Shown: positions 62,798 to 64,000 of the stretch, one piece after another
Layout: the number at the start of each line of letters is the position of its first letter
Numbering within the stretch: position 1 is the stretch's first letter
From: Alphaproteobacteria bacterium
GTDB lineage: Bacteria; Pseudomonadota; Alphaproteobacteria; UBA828
DNA length: 64,000 nt
Reading direction: 5' to 3'
Assembly: GCA_965220745.1 (NCBI GenBank)
Contig: CBDCQT010000012.1
Coordinates: 512,001 to 576,000, forward strand
The notes under the pieces: model-generated
Database searches by the model: none
Told to the model about the DNA's origin: nothing
Seen by the model: only the letters and a program-made list of their open reading frames with translations
Made by a program: the position numbers and the translations under genes

Positions 62798-64000
62798 CTA
62801 CAGCGAGAGGCCGAGCCGGCCGCGCGTGAGCTGGAACTCGGTGACCCCGCGCGACCAGAGCGCCGGCCGATAGCGGCCGGACGCCACGTCGGCGATCAAC
62901 GTACCGAGCGCGTCCACCATTGCATCGATGTCCTGTTCCGGCGCGAGCACGCGGTCCAGGTCGCTGTTGTACTGCGCCGCCACCTCGGGCACGGCCGTCA
63001 CCTGCACGAGGGGGAGCATGGGATGCCCCTGCAGCGGGGTCTGGCCTGCGTGGCAGAGCATCAAGTCGACCCCGGTCGCGCCGAGGCCCGTGAACGCCTC
63101 CACAGGGTTCTGCGTCGGGGTCTCCATGACGTGGAACCCCGCCTCCGTCGCAGGCCGGCCGAACGCGAGCGAGGCAGCGGGCGCTTCGCCATCGAGGAAG
63201 ACGGTGCACTGGAACCCATCGTTGCCGAGCAGGCCTTTACTGTCGGGTACCACCACCGTCGCGCCGGCCGCGACGAGGCCGGCGGCGAGGCGGCCGAACG
63301 CTTCCCCCATCGTCGGCGTCAGCGGCCCATGCGCAGCGAGTCCCACGCGCATCTCGTCCGCGCCCACGCGCCGCCGCTCGGAAGCAGGGGCGGCGCGGGC
63401 CGCCACCATCGCCTCGAGCTGCCGGGTCACCTTGGCCTGCACGCTGGCGATGCCGCCGTCCAGTTGCACGCTCGCCCAGCCGAAGCGCTCCGCCGGGACG
63501 CCGTGCGCGGCCAGGTGATTGCGCACCGCATCGTTGTGGGTCATCTCGCAGCCGTGCTCCAGCAGCACCGCGTGGCGCACGCTCCGGTGCGCGAGGTGTC
63601 CGGTGAGGGTGTCGAGATAGAGGCCGGCGCCATTGGCCGAACCGCAGCCCTCCGTGTGCACGAGTGCCACGAAGCGCGACACGTCGCTCCAGGGTGGCGG
63701 GTTGGCATCGAGTTCCTCGGCAATGAGGCGGGCGACCTGGCCGGAGCAGAGGCTGGTCGGCATCACCAGAGCGATCTGATCCGACGCCACGCCGTCTTTC
63801 GTGACCACCGCATCGAAGGCGAGGTCGAGCGGCGGCGCCTTCAGCACCGCGACGGGTCGCCCGTTGGGGACTGGACGCTTGCGGGCCTCGTCCAGCCCGT
63901 CCCTGTCGGTGCGCGGCCAGTCGCGCCAGATCGAGACCTGGGCGTGGCCGGCAAGCTCTCCCTTGCTGCGCTGCCCCGACGCGATGTCGAGCGCGAGCTC
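62798..64000 (-). CDS. UxaA/altronate dehydratase-family protein, C-terminal part (runs off window end)
   Basis: Frame open to base 64000; [15 protein letters not shown] and ASG..S/KGE-like motifs. Confidence 0.75.
   Translation of the reverse strand, partial: ELALDIASGQRSKGELAGHAQVSIWRDWPRTDRDGLDEARKRPVPNGRPVAVLKAPPLDLAFDAVVTKDGVASDQIALVMPTSLCSGQVARLIAEELDANPPPWSDVSRFVALVHTEGCGSANGAGLYLDTLTGHLAHRSVRHAVLLEHGCEMTHNDAVRNHLAAHGVPAERFGWASVQLDGGIASVQAKVTRQLEAMVAARAAPASERRRVGADEMRVGLAAHGPLTPTMGEAFGRLAAGLVAAGATVVVPDSKGLLGNDGFQCTVFLDGEAPAASLAFGRPATEAGFHVMETPTQNPVEAFTGLGATGVDLMLCHAGQTPLQGHPMLPLVQVTAVPEVAAQYNSDLDRVLAPEQDIDAMVDALGTLIADVASGRYRPALWSRGVTEFQLTRGRLGLSL

Overview
GC-rich bacterial chromosome segment whose gene content and order point to an alphaproteobacterium. 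The core backbone is glmU-glmS, gph, eno-ftsB-pdhABC-lpdA-lipA-ratA/coq10, recJ-glpX-hom, phaC, argC and rplM-rpsI, interspersed with catabolic genes. Accessory material: (i) a ~13.9 kb integrase-less island bounded by a 16-bp direct repeat of the 3' end of tRNA-Glu(TTC) (36512-36527 and 50433-50448). It holds a decayed higBA module, a frameshifted ornithine cyclodeaminase/mu-crystallin gene and an apparently intact catabolic cluster: an Opp/Dpp-type ABC transporter, two metal amidohydrolases, a PuuE-like deacetylase and a single polypeptide of three tandem Rid domains that lack the catalytic Arg. (ii) A complete IS4-family element inserted into the loop of a REP-like hairpin with a 9-bp target duplication. 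(iii) A lower-GC lipoprotein fusing a beta-lactamase-family serine hydrolase to a TbpB-like barrel. (iv) Three families of structured intergenic repeats. All family assignments come from motif recognition by eye; no database searches were run.
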